NCBI GenBank assembly: GCA_017451505.1
Contig: JAFTOF010000002.1
Span: forward strand, 65,042 to 129,041
Length of the DNA: 64,000 bases
Direction: 5' to 3'
DNA from: Clostridia bacterium
Lineage (GTDB): Bacteria > Bacillota > Clostridia > UMGS1883
The notes under the pieces were generated by a model. The model had not been told where the DNA came from and searched no databases. It worked only from the letters and a program-made list of their open reading frames with translations. Position numbers and translations under genes: made by a program. Positions 1 through 9,232 of the stretch are shown one piece after another; within the stretch, counting starts at the first letter, position 1; every line of letters begins with the position of its first letter.

Positions 1-204
1 TTTAACGGGGACTGCTATTTTAACAGTCAAACTACTAACGGAGCTGATATTGTCGAAGCTGAAGTTAAACCTGCGTTAAAAAACGGAATTCTCGACATTC
101 ATTGTGTAGTATACAATAATGAGGAAGGTCAATATCGCGGTAAAAATGTTATCATCAGGATTGATATGCTTAACGGAGCTATGATTTCTTCACAAAAAAT
201 ATGA
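1..204 (+). CDS. 3-prime end of an unidentified CDS (partial, runs off the window start)
   Basis: Frame 1 is open from base 1 to TGA at 202-204 (...NGAMISSQKI*) and is followed by a hairpin terminator. No family is recognisable from the 67 aa visible. Confidence 0.3.
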   Translation, partial: FNGDCYFNSQTTNGADIVEAEVKPALKNGILDIHCVVYNNEEGQYRGKNVIIRIDMLNGAMISSQKI

Positions 205-237
205 TTTGTGAAATAAAAGTTTTCCGTGAACCCACAC

Positions 238-266
238 AAAAAACGGCTCAATTTGAGCCGTTTTTT
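238..266. terminator. Bidirectional intrinsic terminator hairpin
   Basis: AAAAAACGGCTCA-att-TGAGCCGTTTTTT lies between two convergent genes. Confidence 0.6.
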
Positions 267-267
267 G

Positions 268-1650
268 CTATCTGTCTATACTGTGAATCAGTTCTAAGTT
301 TCTTTTTTTGCGGGCGTCACGCCTTTTTTTGCGGAGGATTCTTCTTCGTCTTCTTTCCGCTAAAATAAAGAATGCAATCAATAAAATTATAACCGCATAT
401 AGCCACGGGGAAGTAAAAAATGCCTTAAGCTTATTTATAAAGAATGTCACGGGGTCCAGCTTATAATTTTTCTCTGCCAAAAGGTTAAGCGTTCCGATAG
501 ACTGTCCGTTTGCAAAATACTCTCTCGTTCCGATTTTTTCACCTTTTTTCACGGGAGCACTCACGGATTTTTTCAAGGAATCCTTATATGTAACCTCCAC
601 AGGCTCGGAATCTTTTTCACGGATAACGGACATTGCCTTTTCTGCTGTTAAAATAATCTTATTATCACGACGTGTGTTTACAATATTGGTTTGTGCTACT
701 ATATCGTCCTCGTTCACAATAGTTTGCGATATATAATTTGAAAACACAAAATCAAACATTTTTCTGCAGTCATCATAGCTTTGCAGTACGTTATTGCTTG
801 TGTCTGCTTCAAAAACCAAAGCTAAAAGCGACATAGAGCCTTTTTGTGCCGACGCCGCCACACAGCTTTTTGCCTCTGTACTGTAGCCTGTTTTAAGGCC
901 TGTGGCATTGGGGTAATAATAATCGTTTCGTATAAGTCTGCTCACCAAATGATTTCTGTTTGTTAGCTTTCTGGAATTGGGATTCTTTTCCGTAGGAGGA
1001 ATAGTGTAAGAATCGCATTTTACAATATCACAAAATTCGGGAATTGACATGGCGTGCTTTGCTAAAATTGCCATATCCATAGGCGTTGTATAATGCCTGT
1101 CGTCATGATTTCCCGTGGGATTTGTAAAGCTTGTATTCTCCATGCCAAGCTCCTTTGCTCTGGCATTCATCATATTAACAAAGGCTTCTATACTGCCTGC
1201 CGTTTTTTCGGCAAGGACATTTGATGCATCGGAATCAGATTCTAATAGCATTCCGTAAACAAGCTGACGCACCGAAAGTTTTTCTTCCTTGAGAATCCCC
1301 ATTTTGTTGTCCCCGGGCGAGACGTTTGAAAGAGCCGTTTCGCTTGCAGAAGCAAGCTCCTCCATATTACAGTTTTCAAGGACAAGAACTGCGGTCATTA
1401 TATTGGTAAGACCTGCGGGATAAACCGCATCCTTAGAGTTTTTCTCGTATATGACCGTGCCCGTTTTTAAGTCCATCAAAACGGCATGAGGTGACTTTGC
1501 CTCGATTGTGTTTTTTTCGGGGACTTGCTCCTCTGCTTGTGAAGAATTATTCACTTTTTTATCTTCATTTTCAGCATTTGCAATGCAGGAAAATGAAAGC
1601 AATAATATCAAAACAATTATTAAGCTTGTAATTCTCTGATACTTTTTCAT
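268..1650 (-). CDS. PBP5/DacF-like D-alanyl-D-alanine carboxypeptidase homologue with degenerate active-site motifs
   Basis: Signal peptide; region collinear with serine DD-carboxypeptidases; KTG box present (GLKTGYS); C-terminal TM helix plus Arg/Lys-rich tail. The SxxK box reads PAGLTNIMT and the SxN box reads ESDSDAS. Confidence 0.8.
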   Translation of the reverse strand: MKKYQRITSLIIVLILLLSFSCIANAENEDKKVNNSSQAEEQVPEKNTIEAKSPHAVLMDLKTGTVIYEKNSKDAVYPAGLTNIMTAVLVLENCNMEELASASETALSNVSPGDNKMGILKEEKLSVRQLVYGMLLESDSDASNVLAEKTAGSIEAFVNMMNARAKELGMENTSFTNPTGNHDDRHYTTPMDMAILAKHAMSIPEFCDIVKCDSYTIPPTEKNPNSRKLTNRNHLVSRLIRNDYYYPNATGLKTGYSTEAKSCVAASAQKGSMSLLALVFEADTSNNVLQSYDDCRKMFDFVFSNYISQTIVNEDDIVAQTNIVNTRRDNKIILTAEKAMSVIREKDSEPVEVTYKDSLKKSVSAPVKKGEKIGTREYFANGQSIGTLNLLAEKNYKLDPVTFFINKLKAFFTSPWLYAVIILLIAFFILAERRRRRILRKKRRDARKKRNLELIHSIDR

Positions 1651-1651
1651 T

Positions 1652-2809
1652 TTACTGTTTTTCCTTGTTAAAATAATCTACTGCAGCTTTAAAAGCGGCA
1701 TCCTCCCTGATATCTGAGCCGATTTTATCAATCTTCACCTTTATATCGGGAATAATCTTTTCGTTAATCCATCTGCCGTCGGGGGTATAGTTTTTGTAAG
1801 TTGTTAACTTTACTGCACCCATAGATTTATCGACCCTGTCAAGATACATAACTGACTGAGTGACGCCTTTTCCAAAGGTCTCCTCCCCTATTATTACGGC
1901 ACGCTTATTTGCCTGCATAGCACCTGCAAAAACCTCCGAGGCACTTGCCGATGCACCGCTTACAATAACTGCCATGGGAAAATCCTTTTTCCCTTTTGTG
2001 CCTGTGTATACCGTTTTTTCGCCTTTTTTATCAAGGGTGTACATTATCGGTTCATCACCCAGAAAAAGGTCGCACATTTCAATAACGCTTGTAAATTCTC
2101 CACCGGGGTTATATCTTATATCAATTACAAGTCCCTTAGTTTTTTTCTCATCAAGAGAATTTACAATTTTCTTAAAATCACTGAGGGATTTTTGCGTGAA
2201 GCCGTCGTAGCGTATATAGCAAATATCATCTATCATTTCGCTTTTGACAACATATAAGCCAAGCTTTGCACGCTTAAGAGTAACAGGAATTTTTTCTCCG
2301 TCACGGCTTAATAAAAGCTCAATTGACTGATTGAGGGAAGATTTAGACCCGTCTCCTTTTATATAACTTATCGCAGCGGCAATGTCGCTTGCACCATAGT
2401 CCTTGCCATCTGCTGAAAGAAGTAAATCACCTTGCATTATCCCTGCCTTTTCAGCAGGAGAAGATGCATGTACTGACAGAATTTCAATGGCATTTTTTTG
2501 TGTGTTGGCAAAAACCTCTACACCTATGCCGTAGTAGTACCCCTCAATATGTTGCATGGTTTCTTTTGCGTTTTCTTCATCATAATAAACAGCATACTTA
2601 TCATCAATGCTGCCAAGAACTGCATTTATGGCTGCATCTTCGCATTTCTCGCTGCTGTAGTCTCCCACATACTGCTCATCTATAATCTGCATTATACGTT
2701 CAAGACGTTTAAAATCAGCAGTGTACGGATGAAACACCCCTGTAAGAAGGTATGTCACCGCAAAAGTAATTAAGATGGTAAATAGTGTCTTCTTTGAGAT
2801 TTTATTCAC
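1652..2809 (-). CDS. S41 family carboxyl-terminal processing protease (CtpA/CtpB-like) with PDZ domain
   Basis: N-terminal TM anchor; DIRYNPGGEF; catalytic Ser region GASASASEVFAG; Lys region FGKGVTQ. Confidence 0.85.
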   Translation of the reverse strand: MNKISKKTLFTILITFAVTYLLTGVFHPYTADFKRLERIMQIIDEQYVGDYSSEKCEDAAINAVLGSIDDKYAVYYDEENAKETMQHIEGYYYGIGVEVFANTQKNAIEILSVHASSPAEKAGIMQGDLLLSADGKDYGASDIAAAISYIKGDGSKSSLNQSIELLLSRDGEKIPVTLKRAKLGLYVVKSEMIDDICYIRYDGFTQKSLSDFKKIVNSLDEKKTKGLVIDIRYNPGGEFTSVIEMCDLFLGDEPIMYTLDKKGEKTVYTGTKGKKDFPMAVIVSGASASASEVFAGAMQANKRAVIIGEETFGKGVTQSVMYLDRVDKSMGAVKLTTYKNYTPDGRWINEKIIPDIKVKIDKIGSDIREDAAFKAAVDYFNKEKQ

Positions 2810-2823
2810 CTAAAAAACTTCCT

Positions 2824-3984
2824 TTATGAAACATAGTTTAACGGGTTTGTGGTCGCACCGTTTATACGGACTTCAAAATGAAGATGCGGTCCCGTTGATA
2901 CTCCTGTAGAGCCTACTTTTGCAATTACCTGCCCCTTAGTTACAGTATCTCCTGCGGAAACAAGCATAGTGCTGCAATGCCCGTAAAGTGTAGTTATTCC
3001 GCTTCCGTGGTTAATAACCACACATTTTCCGTAACCGCCGTTTGTTGTAGCCAAAGTAACCTTACCGTCGGCTGCGGCAATTATGTCAAGACCGTAGCCT
3101 GCCCCTATGTCAATTCCGGAATGGAACTTACGGGTTTTATACACAGGATGAATTCTTTCGCCGTACTGACTTGTGATTCTATGGCTTCCCGGAACAGGCC
3201 ATGCAAACCTTCCTCCGGTATATTTAACATTATATCCGCTTTGTGAAAATGCGTTTGCGTTTTCACGGATTAATGCCTGTTCCGCCCTCTCTGCGGCCTC
3301 ATATATTGCCTTATACCTGTCTGCGTTTTTGATGGCATCTTTCATGAGCTTTTCTTTTTCTGCCAAAGCAGCAGAAAGCGACGCCCTTTTTGTTTCAAGC
3401 TTTTTTGAATCCTCCTCTTGTCTTACAAGAATGTCTTCAAGTTGCTTTTTGGCAAGGTTTATTTTCTCACGGGTTTCTTTTAAATCCGTCAGAACCTTAT
3501 CATCATATTCCATAATTTGCGTAATCATGTCTATTTTGGTGAGAAAATCACTTAAGCTGTCAGCCTTGAAGAGTAACTCAACATATTTTATGTCGTTATG
3601 CTCATACATGGCTCCTGCCCGTGCCATAAATGCCTTTTCATGACTTTCAAGCTGCTCCTCGGCAAGTTTCAATTCTTCTTCTTTAAGTTCTATATCTTTT
3701 TTTGTCTGCTCTATTTGTTTTTCAAGAGAATCAATCTCATTTTCAGTACTTTGTATCTGTGCATCAAGTGCATTATATGAGTTGATAGCCGCCTTTTTCT
3801 CAGCTTCTGCTTTCTGTGCGGCAGTCTTTGCCTGCTGTGTTTTATTCTTTGCATCATCAAGTTGCTTTTGAGTTGCAGCTTTTACCGCAGGTAAAAATAC
3901 CGAAGCCACAAGAGCTACCACAACAACACACGCACAAAGGGCGGCAAACGTTTTTTTCAAAATTTCCCTTGTTCTTTTGTTCAT
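2824..3984 (-). CDS. Coiled-coil M23 (LytM-type) peptidoglycan metalloendopeptidase
   Basis: N-terminal TM/signal; ~200 aa Lys/Glu/Ala-rich coiled coil; C-terminal M23 domain with intact HSGIDIG (HxxxD) and GPHLHFEV (HxH). The start is probably ATG 3984; the track ORF extends to TTG 4011. Confidence 0.85.
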   Translation of the reverse strand: MNKRTREILKKTFAALCACVVVVALVASVFLPAVKAATQKQLDDAKNKTQQAKTAAQKAEAEKKAAINSYNALDAQIQSTENEIDSLEKQIEQTKKDIELKEEELKLAEEQLESHEKAFMARAGAMYEHNDIKYVELLFKADSLSDFLTKIDMITQIMEYDDKVLTDLKETREKINLAKKQLEDILVRQEEDSKKLETKRASLSAALAEKEKLMKDAIKNADRYKAIYEAAERAEQALIRENANAFSQSGYNVKYTGGRFAWPVPGSHRITSQYGERIHPVYKTRKFHSGIDIGAGYGLDIIAAADGKVTLATTNGGYGKCVVINHGSGITTLYGHCSTMLVSAGDTVTKGQVIAKVGSTGVSTGPHLHFEVRINGATTNPLNYVS

Positions 3985-4048
3985 AGCACAAAATTCCTTT
4001 CTGTCAACCAAAAGAGAGTAGTCTAAACCCGTCTGGAATGGCTGGACA

Positions 4049-4936
4049 TCACACCTTTAGATGCCTTTTAATCGATACAGCACTTCCTATTGCTCCCATC
4101 ATTGTGCCGAAAAGTGCCATCATTACACCAAGCTGCAAAGCACAGGACTGAAGCGGAAGAAAATCAAACATTTTTATAAGGTCTTTAACAGTGCTTATTG
4201 CCGGTGTATAACTAAAGAGTATTACCGCATACGACACAATAAAGCCCAAAGCACCTATCATAATTCCCTCTATTACAAAGGGAGTCCTTATGAATCTGTC
4301 GGTAGCACCTACAAATTTCATAATATGTATTTCCTTCTCACGTGCAAAAACGCTGAGCTTGATGGTGTTCTGGATAATAAACACCGCTATTATCATAAGC
4401 ACAATCATACCCACTGTGCTTCCCTTATTTACCGCACCGGTAAGACTGAGAACCTTTCCCACGGTGTCCTGATAATTTTCCACTTTTTCAATACCTGAAA
4501 TTTTCTCTACAGCTTTTTTTGTATCATTTGATTTTCTGATATCATGAAGTGTAATCTTTATGGAGCTTCTAAGGAAATCCTTATCCTCAAGTCCGTCTAA
4601 AAGGTCACCGTCTTCTCCAAGCTGCTTTTTGAAATTTTCAAAAGCCTGTCTTTCAGTTTCCAAGGTTGCATCATAAACATTATCAAGCTGCAGTACCTTT
4701 TCATAAACCGCACGCTGCTGAGGTTCGTCGGTTTCCAGATACATATATGCCTGAAGCTCACATTGTTGTTCAAGCTGCTTTCCTATGTAGTTCATGTTCA
4801 TAGAAAAAATCACAAACACTCCAAAAAGGAATAGACAGCATGTAACAGTAATAAAAGATGCGATTGTCATAATGCCGTTTCTCTTAAAAGAGCTTGCGGC
4901 ACTTTTAATATAGTATTTCAAATTTCTAAGCACCAA
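4049..4936 (-). CDS. ftsX: Cell-division ABC transporter permease FtsX
   Basis: FKRNGIMTIAS N-terminal motif, large extracellular loop and C-terminal 3-TM FtsX domain; directly follows and overlaps ftsE. Start uncertain (TTG 4936, ATG 4960 or TTG 4984). Confidence 0.85.
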   Translation of the reverse strand: MVLRNLKYYIKSAASSFKRNGIMTIASFITVTCCLFLFGVFVIFSMNMNYIGKQLEQQCELQAYMYLETDEPQQRAVYEKVLQLDNVYDATLETERQAFENFKKQLGEDGDLLDGLEDKDFLRSSIKITLHDIRKSNDTKKAVEKISGIEKVENYQDTVGKVLSLTGAVNKGSTVGMIVLMIIAVFIIQNTIKLSVFAREKEIHIMKFVGATDRFIRTPFVIEGIMIGALGFIVSYAVILFSYTPAISTVKDLIKMFDFLPLQSCALQLGVMMALFGTMMGAIGSAVSIKRHLKV

Positions 4937-5615
4937 TGTTATACACCCCGTTTTCTTCATCGCGTACCAACACACCGTTTTCAAGCTGTATTACACGCTT
5001 TTGCATATCATTAACTATTTTTTCGGAATGAGTAACCATAACAATAGTTGTGCCCATCTTATTGATTTCTTCAAAAAGATTCATGACCTCGGCAGATGTT
5101 TCCACGTCAAGATTTCCCGTAGGCTCGTCCGCAATTATGAGAGAGGGACTGTTCACAAGTGCTCTTGCTATACTTACACGCTGCTGCTCTCCGCCCGAAA
5201 TTTCGTTGGGATAGTTATTTGCACGCTCGGAAAGTCCTACAAGACTAAGTATCTTGGGAACTTTTCTCTGGATGTCCTTCTTTTTCTTACCTGTTATTTC
5301 CATTGCAAAGGCAACGTTTTCATACACGGTTTTATTGGGAAGAAGTCTGAAATCCTGGAAAACCACTCCCTGTGCTCTTCTTAAATAAGGGATTTTTCTC
5401 CTTTTAAGTCTGTTAACCACGATTCCGTCTACTATAACATCACCGCTTGTGGGTTTTATCTCACCTGTGAGCAGTTTAATTGCAGAGCTTTTCCCCGCAC
5501 CTGTTTTACCAACGAGGAAAACGAACTCCCCCTCTTCTATTTTGAAAGATACATTGTCAAGACCGACAATATCCTTGTCATAAACTACGGTAACCTCTTT
5601 GAATTCTATCATCAA
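4926..5615 (-). CDS. ftsE: Cell-division ABC transporter ATPase FtsE
   Basis: Walker A GKTGAGKSS; signature ISGGEQQRVSIARAL; Walker B LIIADEPTGNLD. Confidence 0.95.
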   Translation of the reverse strand: MMIEFKEVTVVYDKDIVGLDNVSFKIEEGEFVFLVGKTGAGKSSAIKLLTGEIKPTSGDVIVDGIVVNRLKRRKIPYLRRAQGVVFQDFRLLPNKTVYENVAFAMEITGKKKKDIQRKVPKILSLVGLSERANNYPNEISGGEQQRVSIARALVNSPSLIIADEPTGNLDVETSAEVMNLFEEINKMGTTIVMVTHSEKIVNDMQKRVIQLENGVLVRDEENGVYNIGA

Positions 5616-5627
5616 ATCACCCTTTCA

Positions 5628-6716
5628 TCAGATACGCATCGGTTTTGATACCAGATACTTTTTAACCATAAGAGCTACTTTAAATACGATAGCATGGTCA
5701 AAAATCCTCAAATCAAGGCCTGTCATCTTCCTTACCTTGTCAAGTCTGTAAACAAGAGTATTTCTGTGAACATAAAGCTGGCGGGAGGTTTCTGATACAT
5801 TCAGATTGTTTTCGAAGAATTTGTGTATTGTATGTAAGGTTTCAGAATCCAGAGAATCAATGGAATCCTTCTTGAATACTTCAGAAAGGAAAAGCTCACA
5901 AAGAGTTGTGGGAAGCTGGTAGATAAGACGGGCAATTCCGAGATTATCATAGTTCATGATAAATTTGTCCCCGTCAAACACCTTACCTACTTCCAATGCA
6001 ATTCTTGCCTCTTTATAGCTTTTTGCTATATCCTTTATGCTGGAAGCAACCGTTCCTATGCCTATATTAACATCTACCATTGCCTCGCTTGTAACAGTAT
6101 CCACTATTTTTGAAGCAAGCTTCTCAAGTTCAGCAGTGGTTGTTCCCATTTTAACTTCCGCTACGATGGCAATCATGTTGTTATCAAGGTCTATAACGAA
6201 ATCCTTTCCGTTATCGGGGAAAATTTTGCTGATAATATCAAAAACATCCACTCCGCGGATTTCATCATAACAAAGGGCAAACACTGCTCTGTCAACATCA
6301 AATGCAAGGTGCAGTTCCTTGCTCTTTAAGAAAATATCTCCGGGAAGAACGCTGTCTGCAAGCATGTTTTTGATAAAGTTGGTCTTATCGTATTTATCAT
6401 TGTGCATTTGCCTGAGCGTTCCAATATAGGAAGAAAGAAGCTCTGCTTGCTTGACCATAAGAGGGTCGTCGTTTTTAATAAAGGTGATATATTCCACACG
6501 TCCCCGTGAAATTACGGCAAAGAACGTATATCCCCCTGCCTGTAATAATCTTGAATTTGAGGCTTGGCAGGCATCAATCACATCAGACGCATTCATGGAA
6601 ATTTCATTAATTCCCGATGCGGTAATCACAGTGCCGTTACCCTCGATTATACCAACTTCACATCCGAGTATTTTGCTTGTTTGTATAAGGATATTGTTTA
6701 GGTATTTATTAACCAT
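5628..6716 (-). CDS. PucR/CdaR-family transcriptional regulator
   Basis: C-terminal PucR-type HTH (ETSRQLYVHRNTLVYRLDKVRKMTGLDL). Confidence 0.75.
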   Translation of the reverse strand: MVNKYLNNILIQTSKILGCEVGIIEGNGTVITASGINEISMNASDVIDACQASNSRLLQAGGYTFFAVISRGRVEYITFIKNDDPLMVKQAELLSSYIGTLRQMHNDKYDKTNFIKNMLADSVLPGDIFLKSKELHLAFDVDRAVFALCYDEIRGVDVFDIISKIFPDNGKDFVIDLDNNMIAIVAEVKMGTTTAELEKLASKIVDTVTSEAMVDVNIGIGTVASSIKDIAKSYKEARIALEVGKVFDGDKFIMNYDNLGIARLIYQLPTTLCELFLSEVFKKDSIDSLDSETLHTIHKFFENNLNVSETSRQLYVHRNTLVYRLDKVRKMTGLDLRIFDHAIVFKVALMVKKYLVSKPMRI

Positions 6717-6907
6717 TTTAATTCCCTCCCAATTTTAAATCACAAAATAGCCATATATAGTTATAATAACACTTTTCTTTCTTTATTTCAACATATTTTT
6801 GTTAATCTTTACGAATTTGTTACATTTTTAATAATTCATACTTTCCATATAACCAAAGAGATGTATTAAGCATAAAATAAAGTATGTATAAAAAGGGAGA
6901 GATTTCA

Positions 6908-7162
6908 ATGCTTGCAACAATGGCTTCAATCACATCTGCAACAAGACTGAAACGGCACGCCTACGAATTCGGAGTATACTCCTCCGTTATCCAGACCCCT
7001 CAGCAAATAGCAAGAGAGGGATGCGGGTACAGTCTGCGTTTTGATGACAGTGCAAAAAACATAGTATTAAATGCCGCCAAAGAGCTTGGCGTAAGAATAC
7101 GCTCTTTTTACTATGAAAGCGAATCTGAAGGCAAAAAAACCTATTCAAAAGTGGTAGAATAA
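6908..7162 (+). CDS. DUF3343-like small protein (putative Se/S carrier-like)
   Basis: Small ORF with RBS GGGAGAG before ATG 6908. It sits immediately upstream of a class-V aminotransferase, the usual partner of this family. The track ORF starts at 6884. Confidence 0.5.
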   Translation: MLATMASITSATRLKRHAYEFGVYSSVIQTPQQIAREGCGYSLRFDDSAKNIVLNAAKELGVRIRSFYYESESEGKKTYSKVVE

Positions 7163-7173
7163 GGAGGAACGTA

Positions 7174-8286
7174 ATGATTTACCTTGACAATGCCGCCACA
7201 ACATTTCCCAAACCCCAAAGTGTAATTGACGCTGTTTGCGATTGTATGAAAAACTACGGCGGAAACGCGGGACGCGGAGGACACTATCTTGCAAGGAAAA
7301 GCTTTGAAAAGGTTTATGAATGCCGTGAGGTAATGGCAGATTTTATCAAGGCTGACAGTCCCGAACAGATAATTTTCACAAAGAACACCACAGAAGCAAT
7401 TAATTTAGCCGTAAAAGGAATTATTAAAAGCGGTGATGAAATTATTATCTCCTCAATGGAGCATAACAGTGTTTTAAGAAGCTGTATCAGTATGGAAAAG
7501 CGTGGAGCTAAGGTAAAGATTGTGCGTGCAAACCACGAGGGTTGTGTCAGTGCAGACGATGTCATTTCTGCAATCACAGCTCAAACAAGGCTGATTTGTA
7601 TTATTCATGCTTCAAATGTTGTAGGCACAGTTAACCCTGTAAGAGAGATTTGCAAACGTGCACGGGAGAAAAATGTACTGACACTGGTAGATGCGGCACA
7701 AAGCGGCGGAATACTGCCTGTCGATACCTCTTGCGGAGATTTAATCGCGTTTGCAGGTCACAAAGGGCTTTACGGTCCTTTTGGCACAGGCGTTTTATAT
7801 ATTCGTAAAGGCTTAAAGCTTGACACATTAATTGAAGGCGGTACGGGAAGCTTGTCCGAAAGTGCCTTTATGCCCGAAAGCCTTCCCGAACGGTTTGAAG
7901 CTGGTACTGTTAATACCTGTGCAATAGCAGGACTGTGCGAAGGCATCAAATTTGTAGTAAATGAAGGGGTAGCGGAAAGAGAAGCCGAGCTTGGTGCATT
8001 TTTTAAAGAGCAGCTTTCCACGGTGAAAGGGATAAAGCTACTGGGAAAAAGCGACACCGCTGTTATGGGAGTTCTTCTTAAAAACCATGATTGTGTTGAG
8101 GTGGCGGAAAGACTGGATGCCGAATATAACATAGCAACACGTGCGGGACTACATTGCTGTCCCATGGCACACAGAACATTGGGAACAATATCAAGCGGAC
8201 TTCTTCGGTTTTCAGCAGGCTATTTTAACACAAAAGATGAAATAACAACTGCGGCAAAAGCACTTGAAAATATAATTTCCGAGTAG
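7174..8286 (+). CDS. Class-V aminotransferase, cysteine desulfurase/selenocysteine lyase family
   Basis: PLP-lysine context FAGHKGLYGPFGTGVLY; C-terminal RAGLHCCPMAH. Confidence 0.8.
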   Translation: MIYLDNAATTFPKPQSVIDAVCDCMKNYGGNAGRGGHYLARKSFEKVYECREVMADFIKADSPEQIIFTKNTTEAINLAVKGIIKSGDEIIISSMEHNSVLRSCISMEKRGAKVKIVRANHEGCVSADDVISAITAQTRLICIIHASNVVGTVNPVREICKRAREKNVLTLVDAAQSGGILPVDTSCGDLIAFAGHKGLYGPFGTGVLYIRKGLKLDTLIEGGTGSLSESAFMPESLPERFEAGTVNTCAIAGLCEGIKFVVNEGVAEREAELGAFFKEQLSTVKGIKLLGKSDTAVMGVLLKNHDCVEVAERLDAEYNIATRAGLHCCPMAHRTLGTISSGLLRFSAGYFNTKDEITTAAKALENIISE

Positions 8287-8374
8287 TATATTTTACAATT
8301 AAATTAAATTATGAAAAAAATACTTTCATTAACTCAATTTTTATTGTATAATATTATATTATACGTAAAGGTGG

Positions 8375-9232
8375 TTGGAGTTATTGTTTGAAGCATTGAT
8401 GAGCGACATTGCATTGACATTATCATTTCTGCGGTTGACAGATATAATTGATATTGCAATTGTCGCATTTGTTTTTTACAAATTATCTTCTCTGGTACGC
8501 GAAACCAGAGCCGGAACACTTATCAAGGGAATTATACTTCTATTAATTTTCACATGGATAAGTGATGTCTTTGAACTTACTACTATAAATTACCTGCTTC
8601 GTAATTTGATGCAGTTTGCACTTATCGCCTTTATCGTAATTTTCCAGCCGGAGCTGAGGCGTGCTCTTGAACAGGTGGGCAGAGTGAACTTTTCCTCTCT
8701 GTTTACACAGGATGAAAAGAATGATACGGAGCTTCTCGCCTCCGAAATTGCATCTGCCGCCGTGGCTATGTCAAGCCGCAGAATCGGTGCACTGATGGTA
8801 ATCGAGAGAGAAACCAAAATCGGCGATATTGTAAGAACAGGCTGTGAGCTTAACGCCGATGTATCCAGTGAATTACTTATAAATATATTTATTCCCAACA
8901 CACCTCTGCACGATGGTGCAGTTATAATCAGAGATAATAAAATCATAGCGGCACGCTGTATTCTCCCCCTTACGCCTAATGAAACCTTGAGCCGTGAGCT
9001 GGGAACAAGGCACAGAGCCGCTCTGGGACTTTCCGAGAGTTCTGACGCAGCAGTCATAGTTGTCAGTGAGGAAACAGGGAAAATCAGCTTTACTCTGGGC
9101 GGAAATATGAGCCGCAACTATACTGAAGATTCTTTGAAAAAGGTTATTATTAAGGTCCTTGCATCCGATTCTTCAGATAACAATGACAATTCTTTGTCAA
9201 AGTGGAAGGAGCGCTTAAAATGGAAAAAATAA
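8375..9232 (+). CDS. cdaA: Diadenylate cyclase CdaA
   Basis: Three N-terminal TM helices plus a DAC domain (GALMVIERE, PLHDGAVII, LGTRHRAALGLSE, VVSEETGKIS). Start uncertain: TTG 8375 or 8384, or ATG 8399. Confidence 0.9.
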   Translation: MELLFEALMSDIALTLSFLRLTDIIDIAIVAFVFYKLSSLVRETRAGTLIKGIILLLIFTWISDVFELTTINYLLRNLMQFALIAFIVIFQPELRRALEQVGRVNFSSLFTQDEKNDTELLASEIASAAVAMSSRRIGALMVIERETKIGDIVRTGCELNADVSSELLINIFIPNTPLHDGAVIIRDNKIIAARCILPLTPNETLSRELGTRHRAALGLSESSDAAVIVVSEETGKISFTLGGNMSRNYTEDSLKKVIIKVLASDSSDNNDNSLSKWKERLKWKK

